Shown here piece after piece: positions 46,479-56,210 of a stretch of DNA of 64,000 bases. Position numbers and translations under genes: made by a program. Each line of letters starts with the position of its first letter. The stretch's first letter is position 1. The notes beneath the pieces were generated by a model, which was not told the origin of the DNA, did no database searches, and worked only from the letters and a program-made list of their open reading frames with translations. Source of the DNA: a virus; the IMG/VR virus record IMGVR_UViG_3300003323_000328, positions 27,913 to 91,912 of that record. The stretch is one strand, 5' to 3'.

Positions 46479-49379
46479 ATGGGAATAGCAATAACCAGTA
46501 GATTAACCAGGGGTACTGATAACACGGCACCTTTTTCTCTATTTGAGGAACAAGATGCAGCTCTTAGTCATAGTACAGTAAATACTATCTCTGATAGAGA
46601 TGCTATTCCAGAATGGCGTAGAAGAGCTAAAATGTTAGTATACGTTATTGAAAATGATAATTACTATAGATTAGGAACAAATTTAACAATAGCTGGACAA
46701 GTTTGGACTTTATATACTTTCGGTATTCCAGATAATGTTGTTACAGAAGATGAAATTTTTGATATGGATGGTTATATAAAACCAGACTTAATCAGAAATG
46801 TATTTTTAAATGATAGTTATGTAGTGGATAGTGAAGCAGAAATGTTAGCTTTATCTACTGTTACAGGTAACTTTGTTATAAGAAGTGATACAAATTCAAT
46901 TTTTGTTAAACTTAATAATGATAATCCTTCTGATATAGGAGATTTTGCAGAAATAACCTATCCTGCTGCTGTACTATCTGTTAATGGACTTACAGGAGCA
47001 GTGGTTATCTCTATTACAAGTCTTATTGCTGCAGATGTTAGTGGATTTAATACTAAAATCTCTGAAAGTGCTAAAATATTAGAGATAGAGGCTTCTATTT
47101 CAGATTTACAGGATCAAATAGATTCTGCTGGTTTAACTTTTACTAATGGTATTACAGATACAGGAGGAGTAATTAGTCTAGGTGGTACAACAACTGCAAA
47201 TATAGCAATAAATGCAGACAGTGCTGGTGCAAGAGCTTTCACAGTAGGAGCTGCAACTGCTTTCAATTCTATAACAATGAGAGCTTCTAATGTTGGTAGT
47301 ACTAATTATGGTACATTTACTATAAACAGTAGTACAACTTCTATTAGTAGAGTTGTAAGTGGACTAGCGTTTAGTCTTCAATTAAGTTCTACTGGTGGAT
47401 TAGTTACAGATGGTTTAAGTACAGGAGGTTTACAAAATGCTGCTGATTATAGAGCTAATTATACTTCAAGAAGTTTGGCAGATTGGGGTAATGTAATAAG
47501 CCAATTAGGTGGTAAGAATTTAGATACAACTGTTACAGCTCCTGGTTCTGGACAAAATGGATACGTACTTTCTTGGAATAATATAAATCAAGAATATGAA
47601 TTAATTGTTCCTCCAACTGGAACAGGTACAGTAACTGGAACTGGAGTTTCAGGAAGAGTAGCTTTTTGGAGTGGTACTTCTGCTATAGATAGTGATTCTA
47701 CTTTTACATTTACCAACAGTATATTAAAAGTTCCTAGATTTAATAATTCTTTAGCCACAGCCCCATCCACTAATGTTACCGATGGTGATTTATATTATGA
47801 TTCTGTAATAGATGATTATAGATTACGTGGAAACGGAGTATGGACTAATATAACCAGACCTGGTGATTCTAGTATAGATGATACTAATTCTCCTTACTCA
47901 CTTTCAGAAGCAAATAGAAACTTTATTACTTATGTAAATACAAGTGCTGGAGATGTGACTATAGACTTATCAAGTACATCCCTAAGTAAACATTGGATTC
48001 AAACATTTGTAAATGTTGGTACTGGTTCTATTATATTAGATGCAGGTACTAACACATTAAATGCAGTTTCTAATACATGTAGCACACAATACGGTGCTTT
48101 TACAGTAACTTATGCTGGAAGTGGTATTTATTTTGCAATTGGAGCTTTAGGTGCGGCAGGAGGAAATTTACCTAATGGAAATGGTACAACTGTAAATGAA
48201 GCTGGTGGAGTTGATGTTGGAGGTTTACTTGTTGCTGATATAGTAATTGATGCAGACAATCTTCAAGTCAATTTTACTAATATAGGTAACTTTATAGTAG
48301 GAGTTACTGGAAATGATACCTTCATGGTGTCACATACTAGTGGAATAGAAAGAATATATGCTAATGCTCCATTAATATTAAATTCAGTAATAACTGGTAG
48401 TATTCCAACAGCCTCTAATTATGAAGGAGGAGTTTTATATGATACTACTTTAAATGTTATTAAATATAGTGATGGATTAACTTGGCATACATTACAAAAT
48501 GCACTGAGTAGTGGTAATGGTACTAGCATAAGTGGAACATCAGTTAACTTAGGTGGTACAATTACAAGTGATATTTCTTTTACTACAACTGGTCATAATG
48601 TGGCATTTGCAGGTGGAGTATTCGCTGCAACGGCTGGTAGTTATCAGTTTGCAGTCGATCCTACGGCAGGTGTAATCATAGATTTACCTTCTGGAGCTAC
48701 TGGGGATCTTTATTATAGAAAAAATACGGGTTATTTAGCACGATTACCAATAGGTACAACTGGACAAGTATTAAAAGTATCTGGAGGTTTACCTGCTTGG
48801 GGTACAGATAATACAGGTGGAGGCGGTCTTTCTGATGGAGATTATGGAGATGTTGTAGTTGGAGGTAGTGGAACTACAATGACAATAGATAATCAAGCTG
48901 TTGGTTTTTCCAAAATAGTAAACTCAGCTTCTGCTGGCTTATCTGTAATAGGAAGATCAACAAATAGTGCTGGTTCTTTTGCCGAAATTGCAGCAACTAC
49001 TGATGGAACAGCTTTGGTATTAAATGGCACAACTTTAGGATTTGGTACAATAGTAACTGCTGGTATTGCAAACTCTGCTGTAACTTATGCTAAAATGCAA
49101 AATGCTTCAGGAGGTACTCGTATATTAGGTAGAGCTTCTGGTTCTTCTGGTGTATATGCTGAGATAGCGGCTACTACTAATGGACAAGTATTGAAACGTT
49201 CTGGAGGTTCATTACTATTTGGTAATGTTGAAACTGTATCATTTACTGTAAGTACTTTACCATCTGCTTCTACTGCTGGTCAAATGATTTATGTAAGTGA
49301 TGAATCAGGAGGAGCTGTAATTGCTTTTGCTGATGGTACTAATTGGAGAAGATTAACAGATAGAGCAATAGTTTCATAA
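46479..49379 (+). CDS. long tail fibre protein
   Basis: 966 aa, Gly/Thr/Ser-rich; repeated NG(I/T)T...(L/V)GG and AEIAATT(D/N)G units; GDLYY and RLPIGTTGQVL fibre motifs. Confidence 0.8.
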   Translation: MGIAITSRLTRGTDNTAPFSLFEEQDAALSHSTVNTISDRDAIPEWRRRAKMLVYVIENDNYYRLGTNLTIAGQVWTLYTFGIPDNVVTEDEIFDMDGYIKPDLIRNVFLNDSYVVDSEAEMLALSTVTGNFVIRSDTNSIFVKLNNDNPSDIGDFAEITYPAAVLSVNGLTGAVVISITSLIAADVSGFNTKISESAKILEIEASISDLQDQIDSAGLTFTNGITDTGGVISLGGTTTANIAINADSAGARAFTVGAATAFNSITMRASNVGSTNYGTFTINSSTTSISRVVSGLAFSLQLSSTGGLVTDGLSTGGLQNAADYRANYTSRSLADWGNVISQLGGKNLDTTVTAPGSGQNGYVLSWNNINQEYELIVPPTGTGTVTGTGVSGRVAFWSGTSAIDSDSTFTFTNSILKVPRFNNSLATAPSTNVTDGDLYYDSVIDDYRLRGNGVWTNITRPGDSSIDDTNSPYSLSEANRNFITYVNTSAGDVTIDLSSTSLSKHWIQTFVNVGTGSIILDAGTNTLNAVSNTCSTQYGAFTVTYAGSGIYFAIGALGAAGGNLPNGNGTTVNEAGGVDVGGLLVADIVIDADNLQVNFTNIGNFIVGVTGNDTFMVSHTSGIERIYANAPLILNSVITGSIPTASNYEGGVLYDTTLNVIKYSDGLTWHTLQNALSSGNGTSISGTSVNLGGTITSDISFTTTGHNVAFAGGVFAATAGSYQFAVDPTAGVIIDLPSGATGDLYYRKNTGYLARLPIGTTGQVLKVSGGLPAWGTDNTGGGGLSDGDYGDVVVGGSGTTMTIDNQAVGFSKIVNSASAGLSVIGRSTNSAGSFAEIAATTDGTALVLNGTTLGFGTIVTAGIANSAVTYAKMQNASGGTRILGRASGSSGVYAEIAATTNGQVLKRSGGSLLFGNVETVSFTVSTLPSASTAGQMIYVSDESGGAVIAFADGTNWRRLTDRAIVS

Positions 49380-50398
49380 TGTTTCAATCTTACATAGGGT
49401 CTATTGCGAATCAATTTTATAGAGGAACACCTCCTCCTATTCCCAGCATTACTGTTGATAATATTATAGTTAATACTAGTGGAACTAGAATAATAACTAG
49501 TTATACTACTAGTGGTTCTAGCGAAAAAAATCAACTTCCAATAGCTTTTGGAGTACAAATAAATGGTCGTATAAATGTAGGACAGGCTGTTACCACTTCA
49601 TGGCAATATTTTCATGTTAATAATAGCGCTCAGGGAAGTAGTGTAGCTATATTACAACAAGCTGATGATATTGATTTCACAGTTAACGTAACTCAACTTA
49701 GTACTACTTTTCCCTACACATTTCTTTCTGGAAGCAGAGGAAAATATGTTAGATCAAAAATTACTCCTATAACCATAGATGGAACTCCTGGAGATGATGT
49801 ATATTCTGCTGTTAAACTAGTAGGAAATACTATAGTACAAAGAAAAATCAATGTTTCATTAGGAAGTGCAGGAAGTCCTACAGTTACAAGTTCTGAAACA
49901 TGGAATCATTGTTATACTGATAATCCAGATGCTACTTATTCTTTTAGTCCATTAGTAAGAAGTGATGGAGTTACTACAAGCTTTTCATTAGCTGTGGATG
50001 TAGCAATGTCAGATAATAATACTGGTTCTACTCTAGCCGGTATTAATAATGCAAGTGAATTTGGTGCTGGTGCTGCTAGAGGTTATTGGTATCCTGCTGG
50101 TTCTCCTGCTCGTGGTTTTAAAGTATTAGTAGGATCTGGCATGGGTATTGGAACGGGAGAAGTAAAGATTCTTTCTAATATAGCTTCAGGAACTAATGAA
50201 GCTTTTTTAAGTGTACAAAATATGCCTGTAGGATATTTACATCTTTCTAATGTAACTGCTAGTCCTCCAAGTAATGGAAATATAGCTTCATTTACAGAAG
50301 TAAATATGACTACTGATATATTATTTAGGTCTAATGATGGTACTGGATTATCTCCTATAAATGCTTTTATAATATATTATTACGAAGAATTACCATGA
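49379..50398 (+). CDS. fibre-associated beta-sandwich protein (Ig/carbohydrate-binding-like)
   Basis: beta-rich; GKYVRSKITP Ig-like motif; TAATG-coupled. Confidence 0.55.
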   Translation: MFQSYIGSIANQFYRGTPPPIPSITVDNIIVNTSGTRIITSYTTSGSSEKNQLPIAFGVQINGRINVGQAVTTSWQYFHVNNSAQGSSVAILQQADDIDFTVNVTQLSTTFPYTFLSGSRGKYVRSKITPITIDGTPGDDVYSAVKLVGNTIVQRKINVSLGSAGSPTVTSSETWNHCYTDNPDATYSFSPLVRSDGVTTSFSLAVDVAMSDNNTGSTLAGINNASEFGAGAARGYWYPAGSPARGFKVLVGSGMGIGTGEVKILSNIASGTNEAFLSVQNMPVGYLHLSNVTASPPSNGNIASFTEVNMTTDILFRSNDGTGLSPINAFIIYYYEELP

Positions 50399-50625
50399 TA
50401 ACACTTGAAGATGAATACGAAAATGGATATACTCTTTATGGAAATAATGATAAAGTAGTTATATCAAATCAAAAAGTATCAAAAAGAGTTACTTTTTATC
50501 ATACAGAAGCTTATCAAAAAACTATTCATCCCACAGGAGCTTTTGAGTTTATTAATTGTACTGATGAAGAATTAATAGAACTAAGTAATAAAGTTAAAAA
50601 TTTACCTCCTCATATAGAAGAGTAA
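50395..50625 (+). CDS. hypothetical protein
   Basis: ATGA-coupled, 76 aa. Confidence 0.65.
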   Translation: MITLEDEYENGYTLYGNNDKVVISNQKVSKRVTFYHTEAYQKTIHPTGAFEFINCTDEELIELSNKVKNLPPHIEE

Positions 50626-50626
50626 T

Positions 50627-52789
50627 ATGTATTGGTATTTTTTCGATAGTGGTTTTACTATTAGTGGTCCAAATAGGGTTAATTATCAACCTCAAGAGAC
50701 TATTATATTTAATTGTGTATATCTTCAGTCATTAGGCTTAGAAAGATCAGTTACTTGGAGGTTTTATAAAAGTGATGATTATACCGAAATAGGTGATCCA
50801 GCTCATCCACTTACAGGTATAAGTGCTGGAAGAAGTTTTACTTATGCAGAAGGTAAAAATGGTATAGAAGTTGAAATGACTTTAGATTTTGGTCTACATA
50901 GAACAAAATTTAGAAAACGTACTAGAGTAGTTATTATAAAAGATAAAACTACTCCTACATATACTTTAGACATTTCTACTATTCCTATGTTATCTGGTGG
51001 AGTAGTATTTAGTAATTCTGCTACTGCCTCTGTAACTAATAATTCTACAACTGTAACTACATCTGCTGCTCATGGAGCTTCTGTAGGAGATATTATTGTT
51101 TTAGTTCAAGGAAGTATATCAAGAACATTTGAAGCTAAAACAGGTACTATTGGTTCTACTATTATATTAGATAGAGTATGGGATGGAACTACAGGTACTA
51201 TTGCTAATGCAAGTACTAGAAGAGGCTTAGACATTCAGCATAGATTTAATGCTTCAGGAGTATGGTCACCAGGAGATATAGTTCATTTTACTGGTAGATT
51301 ATACACTGCCAGATGTAGATTTATTAATATTAATGGTACGGCTGGGAATGAAATATGGCTAACTGTTTCTAATAATACAGATACTTGTGAATTTTATAGA
51401 GCAGGTACAGTACAAGATGATGTATTTCAATTTAATGATAGTTGCAGCCATATAAGATTAATAGGAGATAAAGATAGTAGTGGTGTATATAGGTTTAAAT
51501 TAACTAATGGAGGATTTTCAGCTCAACACTTTAGTTCTGGAAATACTCATGATTGTGATAATATTAGAATAGCAACCATAAAAGTATATAATGCACATAG
51601 TACTGGAATAAAACCAAAACTTGATGCCGTTAGTAGATCAGTTGGAGCTTGGGATGATTGTTGGGTATATGATTGTGATGTTAGAAATAGTACTAATGAA
51701 GGTATTTATGCAGGTTATTTTAGATATAATTATGATAGTGGCTTTAATGGTGGAGATTATCACCATGCAATGCTTAGATATAAAAATTGGGCTAATTATA
51801 CTGCTTTTTGTGGATGGGATGGTAATCAAGGCTCTGGATGTGAGTTAGAAGCTGAAATGTATTATAATTTTGCTGAAGGAAATGCTACAAGTAATACTGG
51901 TAGTCAAAACTTTGGTATGGTTATGAATGGAGGCTGGAGAGGGCATTTTTATAATAATATAGTAAAAGGTAATACAGTTCAGTGTCTTGGTAATGGAGAT
52001 AGTTATATTTATAATAATATAATTTATAATACTACTTATGGAAATGCATTATTTGTCCGTAGAGCAGATAATAATTCTAGTTTAGGATCACCTTTTTATC
52101 CTCCTTATGATCCTGAAGCCAAATTATTTGTATGGCAAAATATACTTACATCATTAAATGATTCAGTATATATTCTTGATATTAGTGATGATGGAACTGC
52201 TGTTGTACCTTTTAGAGAAATTAATATTATAAATAATACTTTAGTTTATGTTGGAACTCCTGTAGAAGGGTATATAAGATATAATGAACCTGCAAGTGGT
52301 CAAACTAGAGTAACTACTCCTAATATTACTAGTAGTCCTAGTGCAGCAGTAGTTGATTTTCAAGATTATGCTTCAGGAGATACCAGACTAAAACCAACTA
52401 GTATAGTATTTGGTAGTTATGGAACTGATATGTCAACTATTATTGATAGATCTATTCTTCCAATAAGAATGTATACTGATATTACAGATCAAATAGTTCC
52501 TGAAAACGGTGATTGGAGGATGTCTCCACATCATGAATATGTAGGTCATGAGTCAGAGTTAGCTGCTTATATGGGTAGAACACAGATACAAAAATATCAA
52601 ACAGCTCAACTTGATAATAGTAGTGGTTGGAGTGATAGAGAAAAAATATGTAGGTTTTTTGGAGGAGATAGCAATAGAATGGCTGCTATTGGAAGTAGTA
52701 CTAAACCTCGTTATTTAAGCAGCGTTAAAGCTTATCCTAATTCTGGTGTACCTGCTATTGAAACTTTTGACGATGAAAGTCTCTTATAA
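50627..52789 (+). CDS. putative tailspike/depolymerase with right-handed beta-helix
   Basis: stacked Asn repeats (FYNNIVKGN, IYNNIIYN, IINNT), NEGIYAG, GWDG. Confidence 0.7.
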   Translation: MYWYFFDSGFTISGPNRVNYQPQETIIFNCVYLQSLGLERSVTWRFYKSDDYTEIGDPAHPLTGISAGRSFTYAEGKNGIEVEMTLDFGLHRTKFRKRTRVVIIKDKTTPTYTLDISTIPMLSGGVVFSNSATASVTNNSTTVTTSAAHGASVGDIIVLVQGSISRTFEAKTGTIGSTIILDRVWDGTTGTIANASTRRGLDIQHRFNASGVWSPGDIVHFTGRLYTARCRFININGTAGNEIWLTVSNNTDTCEFYRAGTVQDDVFQFNDSCSHIRLIGDKDSSGVYRFKLTNGGFSAQHFSSGNTHDCDNIRIATIKVYNAHSTGIKPKLDAVSRSVGAWDDCWVYDCDVRNSTNEGIYAGYFRYNYDSGFNGGDYHHAMLRYKNWANYTAFCGWDGNQGSGCELEAEMYYNFAEGNATSNTGSQNFGMVMNGGWRGHFYNNIVKGNTVQCLGNGDSYIYNNIIYNTTYGNALFVRRADNNSSLGSPFYPPYDPEAKLFVWQNILTSLNDSVYILDISDDGTAVVPFREINIINNTLVYVGTPVEGYIRYNEPASGQTRVTTPNITSSPSAAVVDFQDYASGDTRLKPTSIVFGSYGTDMSTIIDRSILPIRMYTDITDQIVPENGDWRMSPHHEYVGHESELAAYMGRTQIQKYQTAQLDNSSGWSDREKICRFFGGDSNRMAAIGSSTKPRYLSSVKAYPNSGVPAIETFDDESLL

Positions 52790-52838
52790 AATTGTGGTTT
52801 TCAACACTTTAAGCTATATTAGATAAAAATATTCAATT

Positions 52839-53276
52839 ATGGCATTAGGAATCGAAACAAAAATTTCTTTACAAAAAGCAATCAATTATTATGAAGCTAT
52901 CTCGTTAATTGAAGACGAGGATTTAAGACCTGATTCTACAGGTTCAGTTAGACTTAACATTACAAACAAACTCTCTGCCAAGACAATCTACAAGCTTGGA
53001 CGTTTTAAAGATGTACTTGCTCCTATTAGTAAAAGACTTGATGAAACAAAAAGAAAATTACGTGATGATCATGTTGTTGAAAGAACAGAGCAAGGAAAAG
53101 TATTAAAAGTTGATATGGTTACTTATACTCAAGCAGTTGAATCCTTTATTGCTGGAGAAGAAGAAACAATTACTATACCTGAATTTAAAATGAGTGATTT
53201 TATTGACAAAGATAAATTCATAGTTCCTCTTAAATTTATTTCTTTATTTGGTGATTTAATAAAAGAAGATGAATAA
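52839..53276 (+). CDS. hypothetical protein (possible fibre chaperone)
   Basis: helical; SAKTIYKLGR motif; ATTG-N20-TATATTAG promoter-like sequence upstream (52791-52822). Confidence 0.6.
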   Translation: MALGIETKISLQKAINYYEAISLIEDEDLRPDSTGSVRLNITNKLSAKTIYKLGRFKDVLAPISKRLDETKRKLRDDHVVERTEQGKVLKVDMVTYTQAVESFIAGEEETITIPEFKMSDFIDKDKFIVPLKFISLFGDLIKEDE

Positions 53277-53718
53277 AATCCTACTTGCTCTACTCGGTTT
53301 AATTTGTATTAGTTTAGAAGTTTATAGAAATTACTACTTAATAATTAAACAAAAGATTCGTCCTAATTATAGAAACTCTAATATCTTTAGAGCCTATCTT
53401 TTATTTGCTCTTAATATTTTATATACAGGTAAGATAGCAATATCAATAGAATATACATTTTTATTAATAATGATGTTTGCTGTATTTTTTGATCCAGCTT
53501 TAGCTAAAGCTGAAGGAAAGCCTTTATTCTATATTAATAGAACGGCTCAATCTAGTTGGTATGATAGAATACTTAATAAAATAGGTCCATTTTATCAATT
53601 ATACCTTTTTGCAGAGTTTATATTTCTGTTGATGGCAATAGATATGTATATAATAGGATGGGATAATTTTAAAGATCAAGTAACAGGAAATTATAACTGG
53701 AATAACTGGATATGGTAG
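53269..53718 (+). CDS. multi-pass membrane protein
   Basis: 3-4 hydrophobic segments; next to endolysin candidate. Confidence 0.7.
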   Translation: MNKILLALLGLICISLEVYRNYYLIIKQKIRPNYRNSNIFRAYLLFALNILYTGKIAISIEYTFLLIMMFAVFFDPALAKAEGKPLFYINRTAQSSWYDRILNKIGPFYQLYLFAEFIFLLMAIDMYIIGWDNFKDQVTGNYNWNNWIW

Positions 53719-54203
53719 AAAACAGAGAATTAGTATTACGTAGAATCTTTGACAATGGAGATACTACTGTAGGATATATGATTGAAAAAGGTCCTCATCA
53801 AGCTTTTATTGGATATACTTGTGAAGATCAGAAACAAATAGGTCCTAAAATAAAAGGAGAAACCAGGATACCTGGAAATAAACGTTATAGATTAACTATT
53901 AATAAAGCTCTTACTGGTAAAACAGAAGAATATAGAAAAAATTATACTTGGTTTAAATTTCACATTATGTTAATGGATGTGGAAGGATTTGCCGGTATAT
54001 ATATTCACATAGGAAATGATGATGATGATACTGATGGTTGTCTCCTTATAGGAGACAAACAAAGTAATATTTCTCTTACTCCTGCTATAGCTAAACCAAT
54101 AGAAAATAGTACTAATTGTTTCAAAAGATTCTATCAAAAATATTATCCTCTTCTTGATGCAGGAGTACCTGTTTATCTTACTATTATAGACGAAGAATTT
54201 TAA
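53712..54203 (+). CDS. putative endolysin, DUF5675 / L,D-transpeptidase-like
   Basis: GYTCED, GETRIP, GIYIHIGN..DTDGCLLIG (His/Cys pattern); flanked by membrane and spanin-like genes. Confidence 0.7.
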   Translation: MVENRELVLRRIFDNGDTTVGYMIEKGPHQAFIGYTCEDQKQIGPKIKGETRIPGNKRYRLTINKALTGKTEEYRKNYTWFKFHIMLMDVEGFAGIYIHIGNDDDDTDGCLLIGDKQSNISLTPAIAKPIENSTNCFKRFYQKYYPLLDAGVPVYLTIIDEEF

Positions 54204-54568
54204 TGACCTCTTTTGATTATTGGTATGTAGGATTTATTATTAGTACAACCATGTTGTTCTCAATAATATTTATAGTCCTACATACCCATGTTTGGGTAAG
54301 AAATGGTTATGCAGGTAAGAATAAAATATTAGAGCCACATGAAGTTGATAAACTTGTAGCTCATATTATTGCTGAAGCTTGTTTAGTAATGTTGTGGTTA
54401 GTTGTAGTTATAGAACCTTTGGTCTATCTTCATTATAGATGGACATTTAGTTGGGATTCAAAGGCTCTTATTGCTGGGGGATTTTTAGGGTCTGGAATAT
54501 ATATTGCATTTAAGGGTAAAATACATAAAGTTCTTAATTTAGATGAAAGCACTAAGTCAAATAAATAA
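54203..54568 (+). CDS. three-TM membrane protein (holin candidate)
   Basis: three hydrophobic segments, charged C-terminus; lysis cassette. Confidence 0.55.
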   Translation: MTSFDYWYVGFIISTTMLFSIIFIVLHTHVWVRNGYAGKNKILEPHEVDKLVAHIIAEACLVMLWLVVVIEPLVYLHYRWTFSWDSKALIAGGFLGSGIYIAFKGKIHKVLNLDESTKSNK

Positions 54569-54923
54569 TGGAAGAAGTTGTAAAGTATTTTATCGTATGG
54601 TGCTTCGGTGCATTGTGCGCTTCCGTAGGTTTTTTAATACTGCGATACTACGAACTGAAGCGTTTAAATACACTTCTAAAAGATATGGAAGAGTTCTACA
54701 GGCAAAAATTCGAAGAAATGATCTACAGGATAAATCACAATGGAGCCATTCCAGACAGCGCTTCTCTACGTGGGTTGATAAAATTGATTATATTGGTGAT
54801 AAAGAGTTGTATAACCTCATTGTGGAACTTATGGGGAAAGCAGGAATGGAATACGAAATTAGTTATAGAAGAACTGCAAACGATAATCCATACAGAGTTC
54901 AAATTTCTGGAAAAAGAGTTTGA
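54543..54923 (+). CDS. overlapping out-of-frame basic protein (putative nested gene)
   Basis: 126 codons open in the -1 frame of 54568..55005; synonymous codons of the other frame avoid stops here. Confidence 0.5.
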   Translation: MKALSQINNGRSCKVFYRMVLRCIVRFRRFFNTAILRTEAFKYTSKRYGRVLQAKIRRNDLQDKSQWSHSRQRFSTWVDKIDYIGDKELYNLIVELMGKAGMEYEISYRRTANDNPYRVQISGKRV

Positions 54924-55005
54924 GGAATTTAGTGAATCAGTACATACTATATTAAAGGACTATGACAAGTATCAGCACAACAAAGATAAGAACAGAATGG
55001 AGTAA
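54568..55005 (+). CDS. membrane-anchored coiled-coil protein in lysis cassette
   Basis: TAATG-coupled start; N-terminal TM followed by helical region. Confidence 0.65.
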   Translation: MEEVVKYFIVWCFGALCASVGFLILRYYELKRLNTLLKDMEEFYRQKFEEMIYRINHNGAIPDSASLRGLIKLIILVIKSCITSLWNLWGKQEWNTKLVIEELQTIIHTEFKFLEKEFEEFSESVHTILKDYDKYQHNKDKNRME

Positions 55006-55306
55006 ACCTTTTATAGATTTTTTAGAATCTTTTAAATCTACTAAAGGTGGATTTTCCTATAAAAGATTAGCTGCTTTTGGTGGTCAAATAACTGCTACTT
55101 ATATAACTGTTAGATATGTAACACCAGACAACCTATTATACGTATTAATAGTATGGCTGTTATTTATTCTTTTATGTATGGCTGTTATAGAATTTAAAGA
55201 TGTAGTTCAACTTAAAAATGGAACTACTGTAGAAAAAGTTTTTAAGGAAGCTGAATATAAAGAAACTACAACTTCTGTACAAGATGAGTCTGAAAGTATC
55301 AAATAG
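54962..55306 (+). CDS. two-TM holin-like protein
   Basis: GFSYKRLAAFGG followed by two hydrophobic segments and a charged tail. Confidence 0.55.
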   Translation: MTSISTTKIRTEWSKPFIDFLESFKSTKGGFSYKRLAAFGGQITATYITVRYVTPDNLLYVLIVWLLFILLCMAVIEFKDVVQLKNGTTVEKVFKEAEYKETTTSVQDESESIK

Positions 55307-55655
55307 TCTAGTAATATTTATATTAATAATACTAGTAATAGCGTTACAATATTACCTGCAAAGTAAATATGTAACAGCTAAAACAAAAATACAGCTTTAT
55401 GAAAAAGAACTGAAGATACTAGAAGATACTATAAAAAGTAGAGATAAACAACTTCTAATAGAAATTAATAGAAGAAAAGAAGATAGGAAAAGAGATTCTC
55501 TTACTATAGCAGATATTAAAAGTCTCAAAAAGAAAGATAGTATACTACATATAGTTACTATTAATAAGCTTATTACTAAGTATAAATCATATACAGATGA
55601 AAAAATTGATTCTCTTATCACTAAGGAATATTATACTAGTACTCATAACCCTTAA
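55284..55655 (+). CDS. i-spanin-like protein
   Basis: single N-terminal TM plus long coiled coil. Confidence 0.55.
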   Translation: MSLKVSNSLVIFILIILVIALQYYLQSKYVTAKTKIQLYEKELKILEDTIKSRDKQLLIEINRRKEDRKRDSLTIADIKSLKKKDSILHIVTINKLITKYKSYTDEKIDSLITKEYYTSTHNP

Positions 55656-56016
55656 TTGTACTTTCTCTATAAGCCGGTGTCAAGATCGTAATAATCTTCA
55701 GATGCCCACAGTCAGACAAATTAAGGAATGGGCACTTTCCTTAAATGAACAGAATAAAGTATATAGTAAAAAATTACTTATTAAAGATAGTATTATACAA
55801 GAACAAGATACTCTTAATAAATCATATCTTAATAGAATTAAATCTTATGAAAGAGATTCTATAAGTTATGAAGTTCAGAAAGCTGCTTATAGAGAAAGTA
55901 TTATGGTGAGGGATTCTGTGATCCAAGATAAAAACAAGATTATTAAACTACGTACTATACAACGTAATAGTCTAGGACTATTAACTATAATAGTAATAGT
56001 CCTAGCCATACTTTAA
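55597..56016 (+). CDS. spanin-like protein (signal/lipobox-like N-terminus, coiled coil, C-terminal TM)
   Basis: MKKLILL...LITLNC; overlaps preceding gene; C-terminal LGLLTIIVIVLAIL. Confidence 0.55.
   Translation: MKKLILLSLRNIILVLITLNCTFSISRCQDRNNLQMPTVRQIKEWALSLNEQNKVYSKKLLIKDSIIQEQDTLNKSYLNRIKSYERDSISYEVQKAAYRESIMVRDSVIQDKNKIIKLRTIQRNSLGLLTIIVIVLAIL
55972..56005. terminator. perfect 12-bp hairpin at the convergence of the two transcription blocks
   Basis: CTAGGACTATTA-10 nt-TAATAGTCCTAG; no clear U tract. Confidence 0.4.
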
Positions 56017-56210
56017 GAATTGCTATAAATAGCAGAAAGTAAAGTAGAAGACTTTTTAATTCTATCAACTTCTTCTAGCAACTGTTTCCAATTAGCTTCA
56101 TTAAGTTGAGTAGTATTTTTACCAAGATGATTATATAGTTCATTAGTATTATTACTGATAACTTTTAATGCATCTAGTATTTGTGTCTTATAATCCTCTA
56201 ACTCCTCCAT
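56013..56210 (-). CDS. hypothetical protein
   Basis: TAATG-coupled to upstream gene; stop overlaps the convergent gene's stop. Confidence 0.65.
   Translation of the reverse strand: MEELEDYKTQILDALKVISNNTNELYNHLGKNTTQLNEANWKQLLEEVDRIKKSSTLLSAIYSNS

Noticed and set aside
42757-52789. Diversity-generating retroelement or invertible fibre cassette
   Set aside because: No reverse transcriptase or recombinase and no template/variable repeat pair seen; repeats are short protein-level fibre and collagen units
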